Below, piece by piece: positions 27,022 to 36,061 of a stretch of DNA of 64,000 bases (its first letter is position 1; each line of letters starts with the position of its first letter). Source of the stretch: Hyalangium minutum (GTDB lineage: Bacteria > Myxococcota > Myxococcia > Myxococcales > Myxococcaceae). Under the pieces are notes generated by a model. That model ran no database searches. It was not told the origin of the DNA and was given only the letters and a program-made list of their open reading frames with translations. Position numbers and translations under genes: made by a program. The stretch is from assembly GCF_000737315.1 (NCBI RefSeq), contig NZ_JMCB01000010.1, forward strand, positions 62,001-126,000, written 5' to 3'.

Positions 27022-28773
27022 TCAGCAGTCGACCGGACCCTTGATGGCGGTCACCGTGGCCTCGATCTCCTCACAGCCCTCTAACGTCTTTGCCCCGGCA
27101 CTGGCGAGCCTGATGCCGAGCAACTCGCCCGGCTGCACATCTCCCACGGTGCGCACCACCGCCCCATCGCGCTTGCGGAAGGTTACAGCGTACCCACGGC
27201 CCATGACCTTCAGCGGACTCATCGCATCCAGGCGGACAGCCAGGCGCTGGAACCGCTGCTGGGCCTCCGAGAGGGCCTGCCGCTGCAGGGCCTCCAGCCG
27301 GGACTTCTTCTCGGCCAGCTGGGCCCGCTCGGCCGCCACCCGGGCCGCCGGAGAGGCCCGCTGCAACCCGAGCTCCCCTCTGGCCAGCTCCGCCCGCCGG
27401 GTGGTGATGCTCGCGCGGGCCGCTTCCTGGAGCCGCGCCGCCAGCTTCAGCAGGTTCGCGCGCTGCTCCCCGAGCCGGGCCTGGGGCCGTGCCCGCTGGA
27501 GCCGCTCCTGCAGCCCTCGCAGCTTCTCGCGGCGCTCGCGCTGGGCGGGCCGGAGGGACCGCATCATCAGCTCGAGCTGTTCGGAGAGGAACAGCCGCTC
27601 CTGCCCCATGCGCCGCCGGGGATCCACCAGCCGCCCGGCCAGGCTGCCCAGCCGCTCGCGCAGCTCCGACTGCCGCCGCATCACCGCCTGGCGCAGCCGC
27701 GAGCCATGGGTGGCCAGCGTCAGCTCCAGGTCGCTCAGCACCGGCGAGAGCCGCTCCGCCGCCGCGCTGGGCGTGGCCGCGCGCCAGTCCGCCACGAAGT
27801 CCGCGATGGTGAAGTCGATCTCGTGGCCAATGGCCGACACCACCGGCACGGGCGAGGCGTGAATCGCCCGCGCGACGAGCTCCTCGTTGAAGGTCCAGAG
27901 GTCCTCCACCGAGCCACCGCCGCGCGTCACGACGATGACGTCCACGTCCGTGTGGCTCAGGCGCTCGAGGGCGTTGGCCACCTCCAGCGCCGCGCCATCG
28001 CCCTGCACGCGCGCGTCGGCCAGCAGCACGCTCAGCCGGGGGTTGCGCGAGTGCAGCACGCGCAGGAAGTCCTGGAGCGCCGCGCCGGTGCGGCTCGTCA
28101 CCACGCCGATGCGCCGGGGCAGGAACGGCAGCGGGCGCAGCGGGCGGATGCGCCGGTCTCCAATCAGCCCCTCGGCGGCCAGCCGCTCCTTGAGCTGCTC
28201 GAAGGCGAGCGCGCGAGCGCCCTCCCCCACCGGCTCCAGCTTGCTGATGATGAGGCTGTAGCGACCCTGGGGCGCGTAGACGTCCACGCTGCCCTCGGCC
28301 ACCACCTCCAGGCCATCCCGCAGGGCAAAGCGCAGCCGCCCCGCCTGCGAGGCCCACACCTTCGCGTCGATGCAGGCGTCCGCATCCTTCAGGGTAAAGT
28401 ACAGGTGGCCTCGGGCGTTGGCGCCCCGGAAGCCGGACACCTCACCTCGGACGAGCACGCGCGGGTAGCGCGCCTCGATGGTCTCTTTGAGCTGCCGCGT
28501 GAGCTCGCCCACGGACATCACCGTGCGCGAGGGCCGGATCGGAGCGCCAGGCAGTGACGCCAGCGGCACCGACACCTCCTGCACGGGGGCGGGCCGCTCC
28601 ATAGCCACGGGCCGCTCCACCTGAGAAACCCCCAGGGGAGCCTTCTCCGGGGCCGGGGGCGGCTTGGGCGGAGCCACGGCAGCCGGAGGCTTGGGCGCCT
28701 CGGCGGCGCCAAAGAGATCCCCCTGCACAGTGGCAGCGGGGATCTCCTCACCCGCCTTGCGGCGCTTCTTCAT
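27022..28773 (-). CDS. xseA: Exodeoxyribonuclease VII large subunit (copy 1)
   Basis: VRGEVSGF...GHLYFTLKD OB fold; VVTSRTGAALQD, RGGGSVEDL, SAIGHEID, ATPSAAAE; long coiled coil; about 85-aa N-terminal extension. Confidence 0.96.
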   Translation of the reverse strand: MKKRRKAGEEIPAATVQGDLFGAAEAPKPPAAVAPPKPPPAPEKAPLGVSQVERPVAMERPAPVQEVSVPLASLPGAPIRPSRTVMSVGELTRQLKETIEARYPRVLVRGEVSGFRGANARGHLYFTLKDADACIDAKVWASQAGRLRFALRDGLEVVAEGSVDVYAPQGRYSLIISKLEPVGEGARALAFEQLKERLAAEGLIGDRRIRPLRPLPFLPRRIGVVTSRTGAALQDFLRVLHSRNPRLSVLLADARVQGDGAALEVANALERLSHTDVDVIVVTRGGGSVEDLWTFNEELVARAIHASPVPVVSAIGHEIDFTIADFVADWRAATPSAAAERLSPVLSDLELTLATHGSRLRQAVMRRQSELRERLGSLAGRLVDPRRRMGQERLFLSEQLELMMRSLRPAQRERREKLRGLQERLQRARPQARLGEQRANLLKLAARLQEAARASITTRRAELARGELGLQRASPAARVAAERAQLAEKKSRLEALQRQALSEAQQRFQRLAVRLDAMSPLKVMGRGYAVTFRKRDGAVVRTVGDVQPGELLGIRLASAGAKTLEGCEEIEATVTAIKGPVDC

Positions 28774-30521
28774 CGCTGGATCTTGTCGAGCCAGGTCTGC
28801 GCCTTCTGGTGGGTCTCGTCATCCGCCGGCGTCATGGCGATCACCTCCCGGAACTTCGGGGCGGCGTCCTCCGGGTTGGCGTCCTTGAGGGCGTACGCCT
28901 GGAGGTAGAGATCCTTCGCCTTCTGGCGCAGCTCGGTGAGGATGTTGCTGGCGCCGGCGTGGCCGGGGTCCGCCTGGATGGTGCGCTTGGCGTACTCCAC
29001 CGCGCGAGCCCACTGGCCAGCGGCGCGGGCCGCCGAGGCGCTCTTGTAGAAGATGTTCGCCGCGCGAGTGCCGGCGTTCCTGGCCATCTTGCTGGGGCCG
29101 CGCGAACCGGAGATTTCCTTGTCCAGCGCGAGCAGCCGGGCCAGCCCCTTGGCGTCCAGGTCCTCCATCTTCTTGTAGAGGTTGCCGAACTCCGTCATGT
29201 CCTTGAGCATCTCCTTGCACTTGGGCTTGGAGACGCACGCATTGGCCAGCGCCACGGCGCCCGACAGATCGCCGTCCACGAAGCGCGCGGAGGCCTGCTC
29301 CCAGGGCGGCGCGGTGGGAGGCGGCGGAGGCGGCGCCACCGGCGTGTCACGGATGCGGATGAGGCGCACGGCCTCCTCGTTGATGAGCTTGCCGTCGCGG
29401 CTCTCCGGGTAGATGGCGAGCACGTCGTCGGAGATGGCCTTGGCCTGATCCAGTTGCTTGTTGTCCAGCAGCGTCCGGGCCACCTTGGACTGAGCGTCGG
29501 CGGCGTCCTGCAGGCCGCGCTTGAGCGCGTTCACCTGCTCGAACATCGTCGTCTCGGCGGTGATCTTGTCCACCTCGGACTTGGCCAGGGCCAGCTTCTT
29601 CTCCGCCAGCGCCGCCTGGGCCGCCTTGAGGTGCTCCTGGTTGGGGATCTCCTTGTCCACCTGCTGCAGGTAGTCCGACAGGCCCGGGTAGTCCGCCGCC
29701 AGTGCCTGCAGTTCCAGCAGCTTCGACTTGGCCTCGGTGTAGCGGCCCTCGCGGATGTGGTTCTTGGCATCCTGGAACATGATGGCCAGCGCTTTGCGCT
29801 GCTCGGCGTTCAACTGCTGCTCGGCGATGAGCCGCTGGCGCTCCTTCTCCTTGCCAGACTGAATCACCACGAGCCCCGCGATCAGTACGACCGCCATCAC
29901 GCCGCCGCCGATCATCATCATCTTCCGCTTCTTCAGCGTCGCCGGATCGACTTCCTTCTTCGCCGCGCGCCCAGGCCGCACGCGCTCGGGCCGGCCGGGC
30001 CGCACCGGCGCGCCACCACCCCCGGGAGAGGGCGCACGAGAACGAGCCGAGGCGGCGCTCGCGGTGATGTCCACCATCATCGTGGCGTTGGACACGTCGG
30101 TGTACGTCACCTCGGTGTCGCCCATGGTGATGATGTCGCCGTTGGCCAGCACCGTCTCGTCGGTGATCTGCTCACCATTGACGAGCGTGCCGTTGCCCGA
30201 GCCCAGATCGCTCACCGTCCAGCCATTGCCCACGCGGCGCAGCGAGATGTGCTTGCGCGAGACAGAGGTGTCCTGGATGCAGATCGGGTTGTCCGTGGAG
30301 CGCCCGATGACGTACTCGTCGTCCTCGAGCTGGAACTCCTCACCCTCCTTGGGCCCCGCGGTGACGACCAGCTTGGGACCGTTGTAGGGCAGCGGTGCCG
30401 AGCGGACCGCTGGAGCAGTGGTCCCGGTCTTGCGCACGGGCCGGGACGAGCCCGAGCCCGAGGGAGGTCCACCCGAACCAGCAGAGGTGGGACGGCGTCG
30501 TGCCGGAGGAGAGTTCGCCAT
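28770..30521 (-). CDS. FHA domain + TM + periplasmic TPR protein (Kil cluster 2 accessory)
   Basis: VIGRS...DTSVSRKH...DLGSGNGT intact FHA motif; one TM helix; helical/TPR C-terminus. Confidence 0.88.
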   Translation of the reverse strand: MANSPPARRRPTSAGSGGPPSGSGSSRPVRKTGTTAPAVRSAPLPYNGPKLVVTAGPKEGEEFQLEDDEYVIGRSTDNPICIQDTSVSRKHISLRRVGNGWTVSDLGSGNGTLVNGEQITDETVLANGDIITMGDTEVTYTDVSNATMMVDITASAASARSRAPSPGGGGAPVRPGRPERVRPGRAAKKEVDPATLKKRKMMMIGGGVMAVVLIAGLVVIQSGKEKERQRLIAEQQLNAEQRKALAIMFQDAKNHIREGRYTEAKSKLLELQALAADYPGLSDYLQQVDKEIPNQEHLKAAQAALAEKKLALAKSEVDKITAETTMFEQVNALKRGLQDAADAQSKVARTLLDNKQLDQAKAISDDVLAIYPESRDGKLINEEAVRLIRIRDTPVAPPPPPPTAPPWEQASARFVDGDLSGAVALANACVSKPKCKEMLKDMTEFGNLYKKMEDLDAKGLARLLALDKEISGSRGPSKMARNAGTRAANIFYKSASAARAAGQWARAVEYAKRTIQADPGHAGASNILTELRQKAKDLYLQAYALKDANPEDAAPKFREVIAMTPADDETHQKAQTWLDKIQR

Positions 30522-30552
30522 GGGAATTCACCACTTCTCTTAGAGAGCACGA

Positions 30553-30558
30553 ATTATA
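30553..30558 (-). promoter_or_regulatory. Perfect TATAAT overlapping the upstream gene's stop; possible internal promoter
   Basis: TATAAT about 32 nt upstream of ATG 30521; no clear -35 found. Confidence 0.3.
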
Positions 30559-32251
30559 GCGGAAGCTCGTACTCGGTCGCCTTCTCTATTGCCAGATTGT
30601 GGCAGCGATGTTCAGTCGTAGGGAAGCGCCGGATAACCTCTTGCACGGTCGCTAGGGCCTTATCCCCGTCCCGGTATTGAATGCTGCGTTGGAAATCGAG
30701 CATCAACTTCCGGCACGTCTGATCCATCTCCCCTGCTGTGCGAGCAAGCATGTACCGCACGTCCTCGTACAGGTCCTCAGGCTTACGCTCCATGGCCTCC
30801 AGGGTGATCCAGGAGGAGCGGAACAGCTTCCACGACTTGTAGAGGTTCTCGGAACCTACATCCTTCTGCTCGTAGAAGCGGCGGGCCGTGGCCGCTTCCT
30901 TGTTCGCATTGGCCATCAGCTGCGCCTGGGGCAGCTCCGGTACGGGGATGACCTCCACGTACACGTTCCACACCCGCCACCGGTCCTCGGCGGGAGGGTT
31001 GAGCACGTTGTCGAAGGTGACCCGATTGGTTTCCCCGCGGCGCAGCATCGCCAGCGGGAGCAGCAGCTGCAGCTCGCGCTCCTCCGACTCCTGGCTGTCA
31101 GTGGGCACCCAGCCCAGGTCCACGCCGTTGAGGCTGATGCTCACCTCGCGCGACTGGGAGATGTCCCGCGCCTGGTAGTGTAGGACAGCCAGCGCCCGGG
31201 TAGGTGAAGCGAACTGGAACTCGAAGCCCTTCGCGTCCGGCTGCTTCCAGGTGACGCCATCGCCCAGGCCGAAGGAGTCCGAGACAGGCGAAGCCCCCAG
31301 CTCGGTGGGCTCGGGTCCCGAGGGCCTCGCGGGCCCCTTCACCGACCGGGTCGAGCTGAGCAGCCCCAGCACCACCATCAGGATGAACAGTCCCGTCACC
31401 ACGCCCGCGACGGCGCGGAGCCTCGGAGGCAGCTCCCGCCACTTCACCAGGAGCTGGCCCTGGAGGGAGGTCATCTGCTGGCGGCGGAGCCGGGCGCGCT
31501 CGGCGGCGGATGGAGCCGTGGCCTTCGGGGAGGCCTTCATGTTGACCGTGGAGACGTCCGTGTCTCCCGTCGCGTCCAGGGGCGCGGCAGCGGCCTTCGC
31601 GAGCTGCGCGGGCATGCGGATCACCGTGGGGATCGGCATCTCGGCGATCGTCGCTGGCGCATGGAGCGCCCGGGGAGCGTTGATGGCGGTCGCTTCCGAA
31701 GGCGCCTGGGACTCCGGCCCCGGCTTGTTGAGGACCGTGGCCATCTCGAAGTCGGAGAAAGCGCTCGAGGCGGCGCCCTTGGGCAGCGGAGCCAGCACGG
31801 ACATCTCCGGGAGCGTGCGAAACCGGCCGGTGTCCTCCGACTCGATGGCCTGCATCTCCTGCTGAGTCTCCGCCCGGGTGATGAGGGTACTCGAGCGGCC
31901 GCGCTTGCCCAGCGGCGGAGCCGGAACTGCTGGGCGCTCCTTCTCCGTGGGATTCAGGGCAGTGAAAAGGAACTCGATCGGCCCGACGGCGAGCCGATCG
32001 CCGCTGCGCAGCTCGTGCTCCTTGTCGCGAGCGAGCGGCTTGCCGTTGACGGAGGTGCCCTTGGCGCTGCCCAGATCGATGACGTAGTGCCTGCCGCCAC
32101 GCGAGAGGATGCGCGCATGGCGGCGGGACACGCCTTGATCGTGCAGCACCACATCGTTCTCCGAGGCGCGGCCGATCTGGATCTCATCATCCTCGAAGGT
32201 GATCTCGCGTCCTTCCTGGATCCCCTTCGAGATGGCCAGCCTGAACCCCAG
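30554..32251 (-). CDS. FHA domain + TM + periplasmic protein, probable CTG start
   Basis: The FHA fold (GFRLAISKG...IQIGRASENDVVLHDQGVSRRH) begins upstream of the first canonical start (GTG 32152). In-frame CTG 32251 lies 6 nt after GGAGG. Confidence 0.82.
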   Translation of the reverse strand: MGFRLAISKGIQEGREITFEDDEIQIGRASENDVVLHDQGVSRRHARILSRGGRHYVIDLGSAKGTSVNGKPLARDKEHELRSGDRLAVGPIEFLFTALNPTEKERPAVPAPPLGKRGRSSTLITRAETQQEMQAIESEDTGRFRTLPEMSVLAPLPKGAASSAFSDFEMATVLNKPGPESQAPSEATAINAPRALHAPATIAEMPIPTVIRMPAQLAKAAAAPLDATGDTDVSTVNMKASPKATAPSAAERARLRRQQMTSLQGQLLVKWRELPPRLRAVAGVVTGLFILMVVLGLLSSTRSVKGPARPSGPEPTELGASPVSDSFGLGDGVTWKQPDAKGFEFQFASPTRALAVLHYQARDISQSREVSISLNGVDLGWVPTDSQESEERELQLLLPLAMLRRGETNRVTFDNVLNPPAEDRWRVWNVYVEVIPVPELPQAQLMANANKEAATARRFYEQKDVGSENLYKSWKLFRSSWITLEAMERKPEDLYEDVRYMLARTAGEMDQTCRKLMLDFQRSIQYRDGDKALATVQEVIRRFPTTEHRCHNLAIEKATEYELPL

Positions 32252-32253
32252 AG

Positions 32254-33147
32254 CTAGCCTCCGACGTTGCCGAACATGAACTGGAACACGATGGGCCCGA
32301 ACAGCACCATGAACACCGTGGGGAAGATGCAGGCGATCAGCGGGAAGAGCATCTTCACCGGAGCCTCGCCGGCGAGCTTCTCGGCGCGCTGGGTGCGGTC
32401 GATGCGCATCTGCGTGGACTGAATCCGGAGCACCTTACCGAGGCTCGTACCCATCTTGTCCGCCTGGATGAGCGCGGTGACGAAGGTGGTGAGCGGCGGC
32501 AGATCCACGCGGACGATCATGGCCTTGAGGGCCTCTTCACGCGTCTTGCCCATCTTCAGCTGCTTGAGCACCAGGGCCAGCTCCTCCTTGAGCGGACCGG
32601 CCTTGCCCTTCTCCACCACCTTGGCGAGCGCGCCCGTGAAGTCCAGACCCGCCTCCACCGACAGCGTGAGCAGGTCCAGGTTGTAGGGCAGCGCGCGGGA
32701 GATGAGCAGGTGGCGCTTCTTCACCTGATCGCTCACCCAGATCTGCGGGTAGAACATGCCGAACAGGGCCATGACCAACGACCAGGCCAGGTTCAGCCCC
32801 AGGCCGTTGGCCAGGATGAGGCCGCCGATGAGCCCGAAGAACGCACCCACCTCCTGCAGGGCCATGATGTCCTCGGGCTTGTAGCCCGACGGATCACCGG
32901 CCTTGATGAGGCTCTTGCGCATCTTGGCCTCGTACCCAGGCCACATGATGTACTGGCGGTTGAGCGCGCCCATCTTGCGGATGGCCACCGAGCCAATGCC
33001 GCGCATACCGCCCGCGGACTCCTCGGCGACCTCCGAGACGAAGCGCTCGAAGACGTTGTTGTAGATGCCGATGCCAAAGAAGGCCATGGCCGCGGCGGCG
33101 AACAACGCCGATCCACCCAGCAGCAGTGAAGTGATGACCTCTTGCAC
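32254..33147 (-). CDS. tadC: TadC-type inner-membrane platform protein (KilH by synteny)
   Basis: T2SSF-like domain: LDLLTLSVEAGLDF, ALIQADKMGTSLGKVLRIQS, AEKLAGEAPVKMLFPL. Confidence 0.92.
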   Translation of the reverse strand: MQEVITSLLLGGSALFAAAAMAFFGIGIYNNVFERFVSEVAEESAGGMRGIGSVAIRKMGALNRQYIMWPGYEAKMRKSLIKAGDPSGYKPEDIMALQEVGAFFGLIGGLILANGLGLNLAWSLVMALFGMFYPQIWVSDQVKKRHLLISRALPYNLDLLTLSVEAGLDFTGALAKVVEKGKAGPLKEELALVLKQLKMGKTREEALKAMIVRVDLPPLTTFVTALIQADKMGTSLGKVLRIQSTQMRIDRTQRAEKLAGEAPVKMLFPLIACIFPTVFMVLFGPIVFQFMFGNVGG

Positions 33148-33156
33148 GGTGGTTCC

Positions 33157-34002
33157 TCAGATATCGATGTTGACGATACGCCGGATGATCAGAATGCCCA
33201 GCACTTCCATGACGGCGATCACCGTGACGAGGATGTAGCCGAACAGGTGATTCATCATCGGCTCCATCAGGTCGGGGCGCATGGAGTTGAGCACCATGCC
33301 GAGCACTGCGGGCATGGACGCCACGATCCACCCCTGCAGCTTGCCCTGGGAGGTAAGCGCGTCGATCTTGCCCTCGAGGCGGAAGCGCTCGCGGATCACG
33401 GTGGAGATCGTCTCGAACATCTCCGCCATGTTGCCGCCCAGCTGGCGCGCGATGTTGGTGGACACGACGACCAGCTCCAGGTCGTCACTGCCCACGCGCT
33501 TGGCCATGTTGATGAGCGCCTCCTCCAGCGGAACGCCCAGCTTCACTTCCTTCACGAAGAGGCCGAACTCCTGCGACAGCGGCGGCAGGGCCTCCTTGGA
33601 CACGTGCTCGATGGCCTGCGGGAACGTGAGGCCCGCCTTGAACGCGTTGGCCATGGCCTGCAGGGCGTCCACCAGCTGGATGTTGAACTTCTTGATGCGG
33701 CGCTTGCGGTAGTACTTCACCAGCAGCATCGGCAGGAAGAAGCCGAAGATCGTCATTCCCACGCAGAGGATGGGATTGAAGATGATGTAGCTGAGGATGC
33801 CCAGAAGGCACATCGACGCGATGTTGAGCACCAACATCTGCCGCGGGTCGATGAACAGGAACATGTCGGACAAGTCGTTCATCGACTTGGCGACGTAGCG
33901 CTCCTGATATTGCTCGTAGGCCTTCGCGAGCACGGTGAAGATCACCAAGCTGAAGAAGAAAACCGAGCCGGTGACGAGGAGTAGGACGATTCCTGGCAGC
34001 AT
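33157..34002 (-). CDS. tadB: TadB-type inner-membrane platform protein (KilG by synteny)
   Basis: QLVDALQAMANAFKAG, GGNMAEMFETIS, ALTSQGKLQG. Confidence 0.92.
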   Translation of the reverse strand: MLPGIVLLLVTGSVFFFSLVIFTVLAKAYEQYQERYVAKSMNDLSDMFLFIDPRQMLVLNIASMCLLGILSYIIFNPILCVGMTIFGFFLPMLLVKYYRKRRIKKFNIQLVDALQAMANAFKAGLTFPQAIEHVSKEALPPLSQEFGLFVKEVKLGVPLEEALINMAKRVGSDDLELVVVSTNIARQLGGNMAEMFETISTVIRERFRLEGKIDALTSQGKLQGWIVASMPAVLGMVLNSMRPDLMEPMMNHLFGYILVTVIAVMEVLGILIIRRIVNIDI

Positions 34003-34049
34003 TCGACTTCGCTCCCTGGGGGGCTGAACTCAGGACGGCGAGAGGACGG

Positions 34050-34865
34050 CTACTGGCCAGCCGCGGCGCTCTTCTCGGCGCCGCTGCCCTTGATGATCTG
34101 GATGATCTCCTGGCGCTTCTTCTCGAGCACGCGGGTGCGCTCACCGGAGAGCAGCGTGCTGATGGTGGCGCGGCCGCGCTCCTCGATGATGTCCACGTCG
34201 TCCTCGTTGCGGAGCGACAGGGTGAGGTTGCCGAGCTCTTGCGCCAGCACCAGGATCTCCGCCTCCTCCGGGATGACGAGCAGCGAGATGTTGGAGTAGT
34301 CGCGCTGGTTCTCCGGGATGAGGTTCACGTTGGTGGTACCGGTGATCTTACCGGTAGCCAGAACGATGACGTTCTGGAGCAGCGTCACGGCGACGTTCTC
34401 GTCCGTCTGCGGATCGCGGAAGGTGCCGATGAGGTCCACGTGGTCGTTCGGGCGAATCCAGCCGCCCACCGCCGTGGTGGCCTTGGCCTCGATGGTGATG
34501 GCGCGGCCCTTCTTCTGGACCTTGGTGGAGAGGCGCTCGGCGGCCTTCGTCGTCTCGAACTGGCTCCAGAGCAGCGGGTCACCGGCCTGCAGCGGCACCA
34601 GCACCTTCTGGTTCACCACGTAGGAGGCCGAGTCCGGCTTCACCACGGACGAGGTGACGAACTGCTCCGGCACGGAGCGCTGGGAGATCATGTCGAAGTT
34701 GACGACGGTGCCTTCAGGAATGTCCTGGGACGCCACCACCACCGGCACCAGGTTCCAGCCCCGGCGTACGTCCGCTTCCTTCTTCTTGATCGCGGAGTAC
34801 GCGACGACACCGGCCAGCAGACCGAGAACCAGTGCGACGATGAGTGGAGTCTTACCCTTCAACAT
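34050..34865 (-). CDS. cpaB: Flp pilus assembly protein CpaB/RcpC (KilB by synteny)
   Basis: N-terminal TM, SAF domain (VVVASQDIPEG), GGWIRPNDHVDL, LLQNVIVLATG, LTLSLRN. Confidence 0.93.
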   Translation of the reverse strand: MLKGKTPLIVALVLGLLAGVVAYSAIKKKEADVRRGWNLVPVVVASQDIPEGTVVNFDMISQRSVPEQFVTSSVVKPDSASYVVNQKVLVPLQAGDPLLWSQFETTKAAERLSTKVQKKGRAITIEAKATTAVGGWIRPNDHVDLIGTFRDPQTDENVAVTLLQNVIVLATGKITGTTNVNLIPENQRDYSNISLLVIPEEAEILVLAQELGNLTLSLRNEDDVDIIEERGRATISTLLSGERTRVLEKKRQEIIQIIKGSGAEKSAAAGQ

Positions 34866-34972
34866 TGCTCAAGACCTCCCAAGGGGAATAAGGGAACGCC
34901 AGGTGGGTTCAGCTTGAAAACTTGTCGCGGGAACGGAACACGAGTGTGTCCGCAGGTACAAAACGAGGTGTG

Positions 34973-35002
34973 ATGTTATCCGCTTGACGCACCGGGTGTC
35001 AA
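34973..35002 (-). promoter_or_regulatory. Sigma70-type promoter TTGACA-N18-TAACAT for cpaB-tadB-tadC, overlapped by palindrome TTGAC-N9-GTCAA (34984-35002)
   Basis: Perfect -35, TANNNT -10; the inverted repeat covers the -35 box and spacer. Confidence 0.6.
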
Positions 35003-35108
35003 AGCGACCACCCGAGACAAGCCTGTAATCTCGGGACATCCTGAGGGATCTCCTGGGGATCGGCGGCGACACCCTACCTGCTAGGGCACACGGCGGACGA
35101 CACCCGGA

Positions 35109-35837
35109 CTACGGGCCAGAGGAGGCAGGCAAGTTCGGATTGTAGAGGCCGCGCAGCACCACGGGCCCGCCGGTGTCGTCGCGGAGCACCTGGGGGAGGC
35201 CCTCGGAGAGCCCCACGAGGCGCAGTTCGAACGAGGCCCCATCCGGAGAGACGAAGAGCAGCAGCGCCCCCGGGAGGAGCGTCTGCGGCACGGCCTCGGG
35301 CGTCTGCACGGGGATGACCTGGGGTGGCACCCGCTGGAAGGTCCGCGTGAAGAACAGGCGCTGGGCCTGGGTGGCGCGATCGAGCGCCTCCTGCCAGGGG
35401 CCGGGCGACACAGGCACCTCGCCGCGCTCCTGGAGCCGGTCCACCATGGTCAGCTGCACACGCTGGCCCGTCACAATCAGAGCGGTGTTGGCGGAGAGCT
35501 CAGAGGGGCGCTCGGGATGACTGCTCCCGGCGGCGCCCATCAGCGCGGCGCCCGCACCTCCGAGGATGAGCCAGGAGACGGCCAGGGGGGCGGAGCGGCC
35601 TCGGACCAGGGCCCCGAGCAGCGCCGCGGCACCAGCAACGGCCACCACCGAGCCCAGGACGAGGAGCACTCGGGGCGGCGAGCCGACATGGAAGGGGCGC
35701 CCGAGCGCGAACACCGCGTGCTGCCACTCCGGGACGGCCGCGGCCACCACCCCCGCCGCGAAGGCGAGGAAGACGGCCGCGTGAATCAGGCGCAGGGCCA
35801 GCGGGGAGCGGCCTGCGGCCTCACGGCGAACCGTCAC
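35109..35837 (-). CDS. Hypothetical membrane protein (about 3 TM plus a soluble domain)
   Basis: Hydrophobic N-terminal helices; GTGA overlap with the pilin stop. Confidence 0.75.
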   Translation of the reverse strand: MTVRREAAGRSPLALRLIHAAVFLAFAAGVVAAAVPEWQHAVFALGRPFHVGSPPRVLLVLGSVVAVAGAAALLGALVRGRSAPLAVSWLILGGAGAALMGAAGSSHPERPSELSANTALIVTGQRVQLTMVDRLQERGEVPVSPGPWQEALDRATQAQRLFFTRTFQRVPPQVIPVQTPEAVPQTLLPGALLLFVSPDGASFELRLVGLSEGLPQVLRDDTGGPVVLRGLYNPNLPASSGP

Positions 35838-36061
35838 GGGAACGGCAGGTTCAGCACGAAGTAATAGGAGTCGTAGTAGATCTGATACGCCTCGAAGAAC
35901 AGGTCGAAGATGTTCTGCTTCTGAGCGCCGCCCCAGTCCATCTTCACGGACGAGCTGATGATCAGGGCGACGACGAGCACCCAGTTGATCATGGAGTACT
36001 CGACCATGGCCTGGCCTCGCTCACGGCGGCTGCGGCTGCGGGTCTTCTTGAGGTCACTCAT
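35834..36061 (-). CDS. kilK: Flp/Tad-type pilin (KilK by synteny)
   Basis: Start ATG 36061; basic leader, G/QAMVEY cleavage site with E+5 and Y+6, hydrophobic helix; 59-aa mature form. Symbol from recalled synteny. Confidence 0.8.
   Translation of the reverse strand: MSDLKKTRSRSRRERGQAMVEYSMINWVLVVALIISSSVKMDWGGAQKQNIFDLFFEAYQIYYDSYYFVLNLPFP

Noticed and set aside
34866-35108. c-di-GMP riboswitch upstream of cpaB
   Set aside because: No recognisable GEMM-type conserved motifs; the hairpins are better explained as promoter or operator elements.
35834-36061. Electrically conductive pilin because of its high aromatic content
   Set aside because: The aromatic-density criteria were derived for type IVa major pilins; this is a Tad-type, probably minor, pilin.
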